Shown one piece after another: positions 13,331 to 23,979 of a DNA stretch of 64,000 bases; the first letter of the stretch is position 1; the number at the start of each line of letters is the position of its first letter. Location: NCBI RefSeq assembly GCF_006345805.1, contig NC_042998.1, forward strand, positions 206,026,001-206,090,000, in the 5' to 3' direction. A model generated the notes under the pieces. That model did no database searches, was not told where the DNA came from, and saw nothing but the letters and a program-made list of their open reading frames with translations. Source of the stretch: Octopus sinensis (taxonomy: Eukaryota). Made by a program: the position numbers and the translations under genes.

Positions 13331-13822
13331 GTGAAGTGTGTGTGTGTGTGTGTGTGCATGTGTGTGTGTGCATGTGTGTGTGTGTGTGCGTGCGTGCGCG
13401 TGCACGTGCATGTTTTAATCTATGCTATCTTGCATATTGGACCAACTATTTTTACAGATTTAGATATAATTCTTGACTGCTCACCAGCCAATCAGCAGCA
13501 GAGGAGAGGAGGACTGGAATTTCTTTCACTGAGAGGGAACAACAATATCTTTAAAGTACAGTGTGTGTGTGTAAAAGTAAGATCCAAAGATCAAGGTGTG
13601 GGAAGTTAGTGAGCTTCAAGTAGTTTGTAAAAGATAAAAAAAAGAACTTTCAAGAACAGTAGTGGTTTATTGGCACAGGAGGCTGTGAATTTTTCCGTAT
13701 TAGAGCATGATAAGCTAAAAAATGATTATTTTATAGTTTGTGTTTAGCAACTGGGGTTGCAGTATATGCGAATAAATATCTGGGATCTCCTAACAATAAT
13801 GTAAACTTCATGTAATCAAGGT

Positions 13823-13915
13823 ATCCTTGGCCTGAAGAGGAGCTTACGATCTACCCCTCATTTAGGTAATTACTACTTCTGAGGTTCTGATACATATGAA
13901 ACATGTAGCTTGGAT
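13823..13915 (+). ncRNA. Type I hammerhead ribozyme-like motif (Penelope pLTR type)
   Basis: CTGAAGA 13832-13838, GAAA 13898-13901, palindromic ACATGT stem III, GTA triplet 13905-13907, imperfect stem I ATCCTTGGC/GCTTGGAT; AATAAA about 50 nt downstream. Confidence 0.6.
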
Positions 13916-14016
13916 TTTATCTACTCCATTTCCTAACTTTGGGTATATATAGAGGGTGCAGTGAATAAACTGTTGCCTAAATTACACAAAAATTTTAATA
14001 ATACTGACATCTCATT

Positions 14017-14632
14017 GGGGCCAGACAGAGCTGGCAAACGGCCACGAACGGATGGTCCTTTTTTTTTTTGTTTGACACGTAAAAGCACCATCCGTTCGTG
14101 GCCGTTGCCAGCCTCGGCTGGCCCCCGTGCCGGTGACACGTAAAAGCACCGTCCGCTCGTGGCCATTTGCCAGCTCTGTCTGGCAACCGTGTCGGTGGCA
14201 CGTAAAAGCACCATCCGTTCGCGTCCGTTGCCAGCTTCGGCTGGCCCCCGTGCCAGTGACACGTAAAAGCACCGTCCGTTCGTGGCCGGTTGCCAGCTCT
14301 GTCTGGCCCCGTGTCGGTGGCACGTAAAAGCACCATCCGTTCGTGTCCGTTGCCAGCATCGCCTGGCCCCGTGCCGGTGACACGTAAAAGCACCATCCGT
14401 TCGTGGCCGTTCGCCAGCTCTGTCTGGCACCTGTGCAGGTGGCAAGTAAAAAACACCCACTACACTCGCGGAGTGGTTGGCGTTAGGAAGGGCATCCAGC
14501 CGTAGAAACACTGCCAGATCTGACTGGGCCTGACGAAGCCTTCCAGCTTCATAGATCCCAGTTGACCCGTCCAACCCATGCTAGCATGGAAAACGGACGC
14601 TAAACGATGATGATGATGATGATGATGATGAT
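14017..14632 (+). mobile_element. SINE-like family B copy with six-unit internal array and an inverted 5' unit
   Basis: Six ~61-bp units at 14074-14445, then the core and a (GAT)n tail; 14017-14056 is the reverse complement of a unit. Confidence 0.9.
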
Positions 14633-15077
14633 TTCCTTCTTGGGACACAAAACTCTACTTTTGAAGACCTGTTGAGGCAAGTGAAAATCAAAATCAAAAT
14701 CAAAATCAAAAATCAAAATCAATCAACATCAATGGAAATTGTAGCTGTGATACCAGTGCCGGTGGCACATAAGAGAACCATCCGAATATGGCCGTTACCA
14801 GCGCAGCCCCGACTGGCTTCCGTGCCGGTGGCACGTAAAATGCACCATCCGATCGTGGCCGTTTGCCAGCCTCGTCTGGCACCTGTGCCAGTGGCACGTA
14901 AAAAGCACCCACTACCCTCATGGAGTGGTTGGCATTAGGAAGGGCATCCAGTCGTAGAAACATTGCCAGATCAGGCTGGGCCTGGTGCATCCTTCTGGCT
15001 TCCCAGGCCCCAGTTGCACCATCCAACCCATGCCAGCATGGAAAGCGGACGCTAAACGATGATGATGATGATGATGA
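14633..15077 (+). mobile_element. SINE-like family B copy, head-to-tail with the previous copy
   Basis: 5' part with (AAATCA)n, 2-3 internal units, core and (GAT)n tail. Confidence 0.85.
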
Positions 15078-15089
15078 TTTAACAAAATG

Positions 15090-15850
15090 ATATAAAAATA
15101 TCTTGAATTACTAAAGAGTAAATTTATTCAATAAAATTGACATTGGCTTCAACCATGGCCTCCAGATGACTTTGGAATCTTCTGCAACTCTTTTGGATGG
15201 TCTCTTTGTTTAAGTTGGTGAATGCTGCCATAATCCTTGCCTTCAGTTCATCTTTGGTGTTACAAGGAGTTTTGTTGATCTCTCGCTCAATTGCTCCCCA
15301 CACATAATAATCAAGGGGATTGCAGTCTGGGGAGTTACAGTTAGGGGTGACATGGTCGCAAAATTTGTCTGACAGCTATGACTGGGTTCCCCTGCTTGTG
15401 TGATATGGTGCAGTGTCCTGTTACCAGACAAGGTCTTCCAGCAGCCACCCTTTTAACCCAGAGCAGCACTACTTCCTCCAGGTACTCGATGTAGGCCTCC
15501 GTGTTGAGTGTGAAGCTGTGTGAGAAGATGAATGGAGGCATAATGTCGCCATCACTAGTGATCACTCCAAACGCCATGATGTTGACTGAATGTTTGATTA
15601 TACTGGCAGAACATGTCCTCAGATTGACACCCAAACACCCTGAAATGTTCGTATTGGAGCTTCTGGCATGAATGCCAGGCAATACAGCATGTTGTTTCCA
15701 AATTTCTGGCAGAGTGAATTGCGTCATGGTGCTGTTTTTCTCACAGATTGTGCCCGACTGACCCTACTATACTGTGTAGTTGACAAAATCAAAAACAAAC
15801 GTGCAAAATTAAAAATACTAAACGGCAACATTTTACCCATCGCCCGCTCT
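15090..15850 (-). mobile_element. Degenerate Tc1/mariner-superfamily transposon (maT/DD37D-like), internally deleted
   Basis: Frameshifted minus-strand translation: IMAFGVITSDGDIMPPFIF, NSPDCNPLDYYVWGAIE, LEAMVEAN. Confidence 0.75.
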
Positions 15851-16129
15851 CTACTGACAGATGACCTTTCTCTACACTACCATTACAGTTACTATTGTCT
15901 CTTTATCAACATCATCATCATCATCATCATCGTTTAAAACATCCGCTTTCCATGCTAGTATGGGTTGGACGGGCAAACTACAAAGTAATAAATGTATGTA
16001 AATAATATTTCTTCCTTCTTGGTGTTGATTCTTCGATGCTTACTGGTTCCTCCGACGCGAGAACCTTCAAGTGTTACTTCTACATGCTACATTTGGCAGT
16101 GGGCTGCATCATATCGACCTGATATCACA

Positions 16130-16325
16130 TTCTACATCCAGCCCGCTACAATTTGGGGGGAGGGGATTACATTGAACCCAGTGTTATACTGGTACTTAAT
16201 TTATCAACCCAGAAAGGATGAAAGGCAAAATCAACCTCAGCAGAATTTGAACTCAGAACATGGAGATGGACAAAATGTTGCCAAGCATTTTGCCCAATGT
16301 GCTAACGATTCAGCCAGCTCACCAC
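16130..16325 (-). mobile_element. SINE family C (GAGTTCAAATTCCGCC..GACTTTGCCTTTCATCCTTTC..GATAAATTAAGTACCAG)
   Basis: B-box-like GAGTTCAAATTC; further copies at about 31610-31750(+), 47920-47970(-), 58860-59000(-) and 63880-64000(+). Confidence 0.7.
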
Positions 16326-16529
16326 CTACATAATAATACTACTAATAATAATAATAATAATAATATCAACAACAATAACAACCATACATTTCCTATTTTA
16401 TATTCTTCAGATATCCTTCTCTTCTTTTACATTAATTTCCCTTTCTCTTTCTCTCACATTCACTGTCTCCTTTTAAACACCAACTTCAACAGCATATTCC
16501 ATTTCTCTTCTTTTACATTGATGGCATTC

Positions 16530-16763
16530 AACAAGCACCAGTCATACATGGGTCGTTGCCAGTGCCACCTGTCTGGCTCCCATGCTGGTGGCATGTAAAA
16601 AGCACCCACTAGACTCTCGGAGTGGTTGGCATTAGGAAGGGCATCCAGCAGATCAAATTGGAGCCTGGTGCGGCCTGTTGGTTTGCCAGTCCCAGTCAAA
16701 CCATCCAACCCATGCCAGCATGGAAAGCGGACATTAAACAGTGATGATGATGATGATGATGAT
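16530..16763 (+). mobile_element. SINE-like family B copy (5'-truncated)
   Basis: Core and (GAT)n tail. Confidence 0.8.
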
Positions 16764-16771
16764 ATATATAT

Positions 16772-17160
16772 AGGTGCAGGCATGGCTGTGTGGTTAGAAG
16801 TTTGCTTCCCAACCACATGGTTTGGGGTTTAGTCTCACTGCATGCACATAGCACCTTGGACAAGTGTCTTCTACTATAGCCTTGAGCTGACCAAAGCCTT
16901 GTGAGTGGATCTGAAAACTGAAATAAGCCGGTTTTATGTGTGTGTGTCACTGTTTGTCCCCCACCACTTCTTAACAACTGGTGTTGGAGTGTTTACATCC
17001 ACATAACATAGTGGTTCAGCAAAAGGGACCAAAAGAATAAGTACCGGGCTTAAAAACAAAAATAAGTACTGAATCCATTTACCTAAATTTCCTGAAAGTG
17101 GTGCTCCAGCATAGCCGCAATCTAATGACTAAAACAAGTAAAAGAAAAGAAAGGAAAGAA
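16772..17160 (+). mobile_element. SINE family A copy
   Basis: Head GCAGGCATGGCTGTGTGGTTAG through tail ATGACTAAAACAAGTAAAAG. Confidence 0.8.
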
Positions 17161-17215
17161 GAAAAGAAAAGAAGGAAGATAGGAAGGAGGAGAAAGATGG
17201 ATAAATAGATAAATA

Positions 17216-17779
17216 CAGTAGTACTTCACTTTACAAGGACCCGCTTTATGAAACCCTGGTTTATGAGTTTTATTTTTCAAGCACAAGATCCAAATTTTAA
17301 ACGAAGCACAAAAGTTTCTACTACCATAACAAATGCTTCTGCGTGTTACTGAGAAATTTATAGAGAGTGAAAAAAAGCTTCTTCTAAGCAAATAACTCTA
17401 GACTTGTTTTTTTAAAAAGAAATCTCCAAGTCCGTCTACGAGTGCTTGTGAATTGGTGATCACATTTACAAGTGATGGTGTGCACGAGTCTAGTCTAAAT
17501 GAAAGTGATTCAGAAAACGATTATAATTAATAATATTTTTTTATCATAAATTATCTTGACACTCTTTTTACTTTATATGAAATATTCTTTATATTCTACT
17601 GTTGTTTTATTGCTATTTATTTACGAGTATTATAAATTTTATAGGTAAAATATTTTTTGAGAGAACAAATTATGATTTATAACATTGCTACTATGGGAAA
17701 TTATTGCTCTGCTTTAAAGAGTTTTCACGTTACAAGTGGTCTCCGGGAACAAATTAACTCATATACTGAGGCATTACTG
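17216..17779. mobile_element. pogo/Tigger-like non-autonomous DNA transposon
   Basis: TA-CAGTAGTACTTC ... GAGGCATTACTG-TG imperfect TIRs. Confidence 0.6.
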
Positions 17780-18959
17780 TGCACAGTTGGATGGCTGGAT
17801 TTGTGTATTTCATTTAAACAGTTGAACTTGAAGTAGTGAAGTTGCATGTAAATATTGTGGTTAAAAACTCCTTTGGATAGAAAAAGTTGAAGGCTTCACA
17901 TGGGATTGAAAACCTCATCTTCTGTAAACAAGACTGATATTCCCCCATTGCACCAAAGCATGTTTACAGAAATTGTAGGTTTTAAAGGGTTTTTAACCCA
18001 ATATTTACTGCTATTCTTTATAGTTTCTCTACTTCAAGTACAACCATTTCAAATTAAATATTTCACATTCTCTCAAGGTTTCCTCATTCCTGCATATCTA
18101 CACACACACACACGCACAGATAGCTAGTTTGGATGTCATTTATATAGAAAGAAAGCAAACTAGATAGAGCATCTATGGGTGTATGCATGTAAAAGAAGCT
18201 GTGTGTGTGTGAGTATGAAGGAAACTGGTCAAGTGAATAAGGCACTGCTTCATGCAGTGAGGTCATATTGCACTGCAGATGTTGTGTTGCTTAACGAGGC
18301 ACCTAATTACAGCAGCCTTCATGGTATTATTGATTTTTTAGATGCAGAATGCGTCAGATTTATAAAGGAGGGATATATATATATATATATATAAATTAAT
18401 AAATAAAATAAAACATATGCATATATACATACATATATGTACGTACCTACCTCTACATGTATATATACATGCATATATGGGTACAGGACACCAAAAAAAC
18501 ATCAAACACAATGAGAAACGAAAACATAAACACAAAACCAAGAAAATGGACATTTTTCTTAAACAACAAAAAAATAGAGTACAGGACATACAATACAAGG
18601 AAAATTCCCCTTCTTCAGTCGCCTCTGTTTCATCTACTCTGCATTTCGAAGGTCAAGGCGAGACACGACTTTAATGACACATTCCTTCCCGCGAAAAGCA
18701 AATTAAATAAAATTTGAGATTTTTTTGCGGAGGGGTAAAAATGGTAACAAAAACAGAACAGTAAAGACAGTACAAAATATAAACAGTAAAGGACAGGACA
18801 AGGAGAATAACAGTAACACAAACATTGAGAGCTGTTAAGCCAGAACGAAAGAAAAAATATTATGAATGCTTTTGAGGACGGCAAGAGAGAGACAGGAAAG
18901 CCATCCACACTTGAAGGAAGCCAGGTCAGAAAGACAGTAGCAGAGCTCTCATCGCGGGT

Positions 18960-19089
18960 CATATATACATATATATACAGACACATACACATACATGTAC
19001 ACACACATAACACATATATACACATGCACATATATACACACATACACACACATGCACATATATACACACATACACACACATGCACATAT

Positions 19090-19126
<37 letters not shown>

Positions 19127-19127
19127 C

Positions 19128-19164
<37 letters not shown>

Positions 19165-19270
19165 CACATATACATATATATATATATATATATATACATA
19201 CATATACATATATATATATATATATATATACATACATATACACACACACACACACAAATGTATATATATG
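18960..19270. repeat. (TA)n/(CA)n compound microsatellite
   Basis: Directly visible in the sequence. Confidence 0.95.
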
Positions 19271-19389
19271 CAAGATGTTTGGGCTGAATTTGAAAGTTTG
19301 CACAGAAGGAAAAGAAAACACAATATTCCATCCGAAAATAAAAGTATTTTAAAACCTCAAAAAATATCAACTAGATTATAGCTGGGGGA

Positions 19390-20150
19390 TAACAGTTTAT
19401 TCAAAGAAGCTGCCCTCAGCTTCCACCATGGTCTCAAGACCACTCCAGAACCTGGCACATGCATTCCTCACTTTGTCCCTGGGAAGATCTTTGAACACCT
19501 CCCTGATTTTGGCCACCAATTTGGCTTTGGTGTCACAGACAGCGTCTTTCTCAACTGTGCCCGACACATAGTAATCCATGGGATTATAGGAGGCCAGAAG
19601 TTGGGGCTGGTGAAGTTGTAGAAATTTTCCTACAACCACTTCTAGCTCTCTCTGGAGGTATGGAAAGGAGATCTGAATCATGCTGCTGCAACCCTCTCCA
19701 GCCAGGGATCGACCACAGTCACCAGCAGCTTCACATATCCTAAGGCCCTTTAAAGATGTGGGGCCGAATGATGTCAACCTCACCAGAGACAGTTTAGGCT
19801 AACTTGGTTTTCATGACATGTTGGACATATATGAATTGTAGACAAGCCACTTGTTGTTTTGAGTGTTTTGCAACTGGTCCTTGCAGAAGGTCTTCTCATC
19901 TGAAAAATTCAACAGGTTGCCTTAGCTTGTTCAGGAGCTTCTTTGCTGGCCATGTCATGCCCTACAGTCATCACAATGTTCATAGAGCATTGAGTTGTCG
20001 TCTTGATGTCAGCATTTTGATACCCAGTAGAAATCATTATGATACAGGTAAATCTTTTACAATATCCAGATGGCTTTTTCTCAATTACAACTTTAATCTT
20101 TATGCCCTCCAATGCCGTTGACTGTTCACCAATACATCAAGCTGTATGAC
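19390..20150 (-). mobile_element. Degenerate Tc1/mariner-superfamily (maT-like) transposase
   Basis: YNPMDYYVSGTVEKD...ACARFWSGLETMVEAEGSFFE, homologous to the element at 15.1-15.8 kb. Confidence 0.7.
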
Positions 20151-20389
20151 AATCATGAACATAACAGTACAGGACATACAATACAAATATATTTCCCAGG
20201 GACAGGGGATTCTAATGAGATGACAAGCAAAAATCTTAAACTGCCTAAATGAGCCACTAAAGGATAGCAAAGGATTCTATCTATAACAAACATTGCTTAA
20301 AATTGAAAATGAACTCAAACACTCCCATGAAAAGAAGAGGGCACAAAAAGTAGCTAGGGCTGTCAAAAATATAAAGACAAACCCTAAAG

Positions 20390-22790
20390 CATAGCTTCCC
20401 AAAGTGGGCGATATCACTCACTGGTGGGCAATGGGCGAATTCTGGAAAGTGGTGGGCAATTTGGGGCAGTGTGAACATTTTGTGGGTGACAAAGAATTTT
20501 TAGAAATTAAGTCTGCATTCACTTATATCTAGGCATGCCTAGAATAAGGATGCACTCTTATCAATTTGATTACTTGCATGAGACATCCCTTTGTATTAAA
20601 AAAGCAGATTTGTTTATCCATCGAATATTTTTGTCACACAGTCATTGAGATGGTTGTCATGTGTGCTAAAAATAGCAGCCAAATAGGACTAGACTTTAAA
20701 TCATATACCACCAAAATTTTTGTTTTTTACATAATCATATGAAGTCGAAAATGTAGAATACAAATTCACAAATATTTTCTGTAAACTTCAAAAAATAAAA
20801 AAGTTATGTGGGGTTACAAGTCGTGCGTAATTCTATGGTTTCATCGCAAAACACAAGTGCTATTTTCAGGATGTTGACAAAATGTGCAGTCACACACAAA
20901 ATGACAGCTTTGAAATTGTGTTTCTTGATTGGGTGAAAATGATCAAACTTTTAAACCTCTAAAACTTTTTTAAAACATTTTTCTGGAAAAAGTTGAATAA
21001 CCAGCAATTTATCTTGGAAAGGTATATTAATGTGGCAAATTTTAAAATTTTCAATAAACTTTAATTTTTGAAATGCTGGCAGCCAAAGGAGCTAGATCCA
21101 TATTTGCTCCAGTAAAGATGCGTCATCTGACTCTGCTCTGTTGACTTCTTGACATTGTCCACAGAAATTCATTTTCAAATTTTCACTTTACTGATGCCTC
21201 CAGTCAAGAAAATTGGTCAACAGTACAGCAGTGATTATTTATTGTTTGGATTTATTCCCTCTCCTCAGAACTGTCAATTACCAATGTGCCTTCTTTGCCA
21301 TCAAACACTGACCAACGAAGCAATGAAACCTTCACGCTTGATGTATCACTTTGATGCAAAGCACTCTGACAAGAAGGACAAACCATTGTCATACTTTTTG
21401 CAGCTGATCTCGTCTTTCAAAAAGCAAATACAAACATTTCGACATACAACTCCAGGAAACTAATAAACAGGAGAACGATGGGTTGATTGCATTGTACAAC
21501 ATTGCATTGCTTGCTGTTAAGTCTGGGAAGTCACACACACTTGAAGAAACATTACTTTGCCTGTTTATCGAAGAGGTTTTGTCAACCGTTATGCACGTAA
21601 AACCCAATAACATTATGAAGATCCCACTTGGTAATAACACAATTAAATGGCTATCAATGTCAAACATCAGCTCATTAATACCTTTCAGCGTTCTGAATTT
21701 TCTATACAAGTGGACGAGTCAACTGCTGTGGACAGTCAATGTTTGATGATGGTATATGTTCGATATTTCAGCAAAGATCTTCAACTTTGAGAGAAAATGC
21801 TGTTCACAGAGAAATTGCCACTTGATTCAAAAGGTGCAAGTCTTTCCTTTTTGAACATAATATCCCACCCAATAATATTCTTGCCTGTGCATCTGATGGA
21901 GCCTCTTCAATGATAGGAAGGTACAGAGGTTTTTCGTCTTTCCTAAAGCATGAAATTTCCCACCAGATACTAACTGTTCATTGCTTGATACACTGGCAGC
22001 ATTTAGTGGCAAAAAATATGAACGGTTAGTTACCAAGACTGAACAAATTGAAGTCCAGTCCCTTGTCTGATCGAATTTTCCATCAACTCTGTCTGAGAAA
22101 TGATGAGGACTATACTAAACTCCTATGCCATACCAAAGTGCAATGGCTGTCAAAATGAAACTGTCTTTTACGCTTTGTTGAACTGTTTCATATAATCATA
22201 TCTTTTTTTGAAGCTATTCCACTATCAGCTTCATTAATGGCTGCAAGATGTGATATCTTTTTTCTTTGTGATATATATTCACAAAATTAAATGATTTGAA
22301 TATGTTATTGCAAGGAAACAGAAAAACTCTCGTTGATTGTAAATCATTTATCACTACCTTCATTTCGAAATTGGTGCTGTATAAAACTAACATTTCAAAA
22401 CGTTAATTCCACCAGTTTCCACAACTTGATTCTTTGAAAGATGAATTGGCTGATGAGGATTTAATTACAGATTGCAACTATCTATAATCATTGCACGGTG
22501 ACATGGTGGAGCGATTTCAAGATGTTATTGCACTGAATATTCCAAATTGGTATAGCAACCCATTTGAGGTCGATGCAGTCAATTGTGAGGATGACGTTCC
22601 GGAGGAATTGATAGAATTACAAAATGACAATGATGCCACAATGCAATATTGCCATAATGGCAAAGAAGGTTTGTGGTACCATCCAAGTATACTGAATTCT
22701 TACCCAAATCTGTGGAAACATTTGAAATCACTTTTGCTTGCCTTCCCTACCTCATACCTGGTTGAATCTGGTTTTAGTCATGTTGAAACT
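20390..22790 (+). mobile_element. hAT Buster/Charlie (ZBED5/SCAND3-like) transposon, decayed, right end missing
   Basis: Left TIR CATAGCTTCCCAAAGTGGG after the nnnTAnnn site CCCTAAAG; BED finger PMCLLCHQTLTNEAMKPSRLMYH; QVDEST, CASDGAS, HCLIH and WLSK pieces; dimerisation motif LLLAFPTSYLVESGFS; many stops and frameshifts. Confidence 0.9.
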
Positions 22791-22819
22791 TTAAAAGAAT
22801 TGGACTGGATGTGACACAA

Positions 22820-23660
22820 CAAAACTTTGAACCAAAAGGAGCAGCAATCCCAGAGTTAAGTACAGTGCATGATCTGGGGATTGATATGAGCAACAACGCC
22901 TCATTTTACGTACATAAAGTGTGTGGTGTGGAGATTGATATAAGCAACAATGCCTCATTTCACGTGCATATCACCAAGATGGTGGTGGTGTACAGGTGAA
23001 TGACCAGATGGACAAAGAAACTGTGATGGCTTTATGTAGGACATTTGTACTCAGCCATCTGGACTACTGTTCTGAACTATGGTCATGCTACAGTGTCAAA
23101 TTAATAATAGAACTTGAGGCAGTTCAGGAGTGCTACACCAGGAAGATTGCATCAGTGGAACAACTGAGCTACAGAGAGAGACTGAAAGAGCTACAACTAT
23201 ACTCCCTGGAACAGACAGGAAAGGTATGCAGTGTATGGAAAATCCTGGAGGAGCTGGCACCAAACTTTGGTATCCGGAGCTATACCAGCCCCCTAACTGG
23301 ATGTCATTTCACTGTTCCAAAGGTCCCAATCGTCCCGTCCAGTGTGAGGACCATGTACTGCAATAGTTTAGGATTGAAGGGTCCACAGCTATTTAGCACC
23401 TTGCAAAAACATCTGAGGGATCTTCATGGAGTAGGGGTACATGGTTTCACGAAATAATTTAACCTCCTGCAATCCAAAGTCCTGGATGAACCTATATCAA
23501 GGTAGGAAATTCAAAAGAGGATAGCAGTGCTGAACTCCCTCCTTCACCAAAAGCCAATCACATAAGATTGGCTATTGAAAAGGTGATTACACTGGTGGTG
23601 CTCTAGCATGGCCACAGCCTTAGGGCTGAAACATGTAAAAGAATAAAAGGATAAAAGAAT
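22820..23660 (+). mobile_element. Old CR1-group LINE 3' fragment with 3' tail
   Basis: FVLSHLDYCSELWS..ELEAVQECYTRKI..YRERLKELQLYSLE; tail GGTGCTCTAGCATGGCCACAGCC..GGCTGAAACATGTAAAAGAATAAAAG. Confidence 0.85.
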
Positions 23661-23703
23661 ATATAAAGACATATATATATATGCACACACATATAAATGT
23701 ATG

Positions 23704-23749
<46 letters not shown>

Positions 23750-23927
23750 ATAATATTATGGCTGCCCCCTCGTTATTGAGTATGGCCATTGCACGAAGCT
23801 TAACTGTTACTGGTGCTATGATCGAATGTGACTTTTTAGCCCAGCAAAAGATCTACAATGTCTTGTACAAAATTGGCAACTAAAACCTTTACTGGTAATA
23901 GCCGGCTGTAGTTGTAACTGGGCTTCA

Positions 23928-23976
<49 letters not shown>

Positions 23977-23979
<3 letters not shown>

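Noticed and set aside
14074-14445. CRISPR-like repeat/spacer array
   Set aside because: The 'spacers' are short and homologous to each other, the array is internal to a dispersed SINE-like repeat, there are no cas genes, and the context is eukaryotic.
13933-14574. 213-aa repetitive ORF
   Set aside because: It is the antisense translation of the SINE B internal array.
18600-18660. Type II hammerhead on the minus strand (CGAAA...CTGAAGA)
   Set aside because: Stems I and III cannot be formed; it is probably part of an unclassified repeat at 18470-18960.
18630-19381. Long YI/CV/HT-repeat ORFs (also 25668-26852, 27289-28121, 40749-41555)
   Set aside because: These are translations of (TA)n/(TG)n/(CA)n microsatellites.
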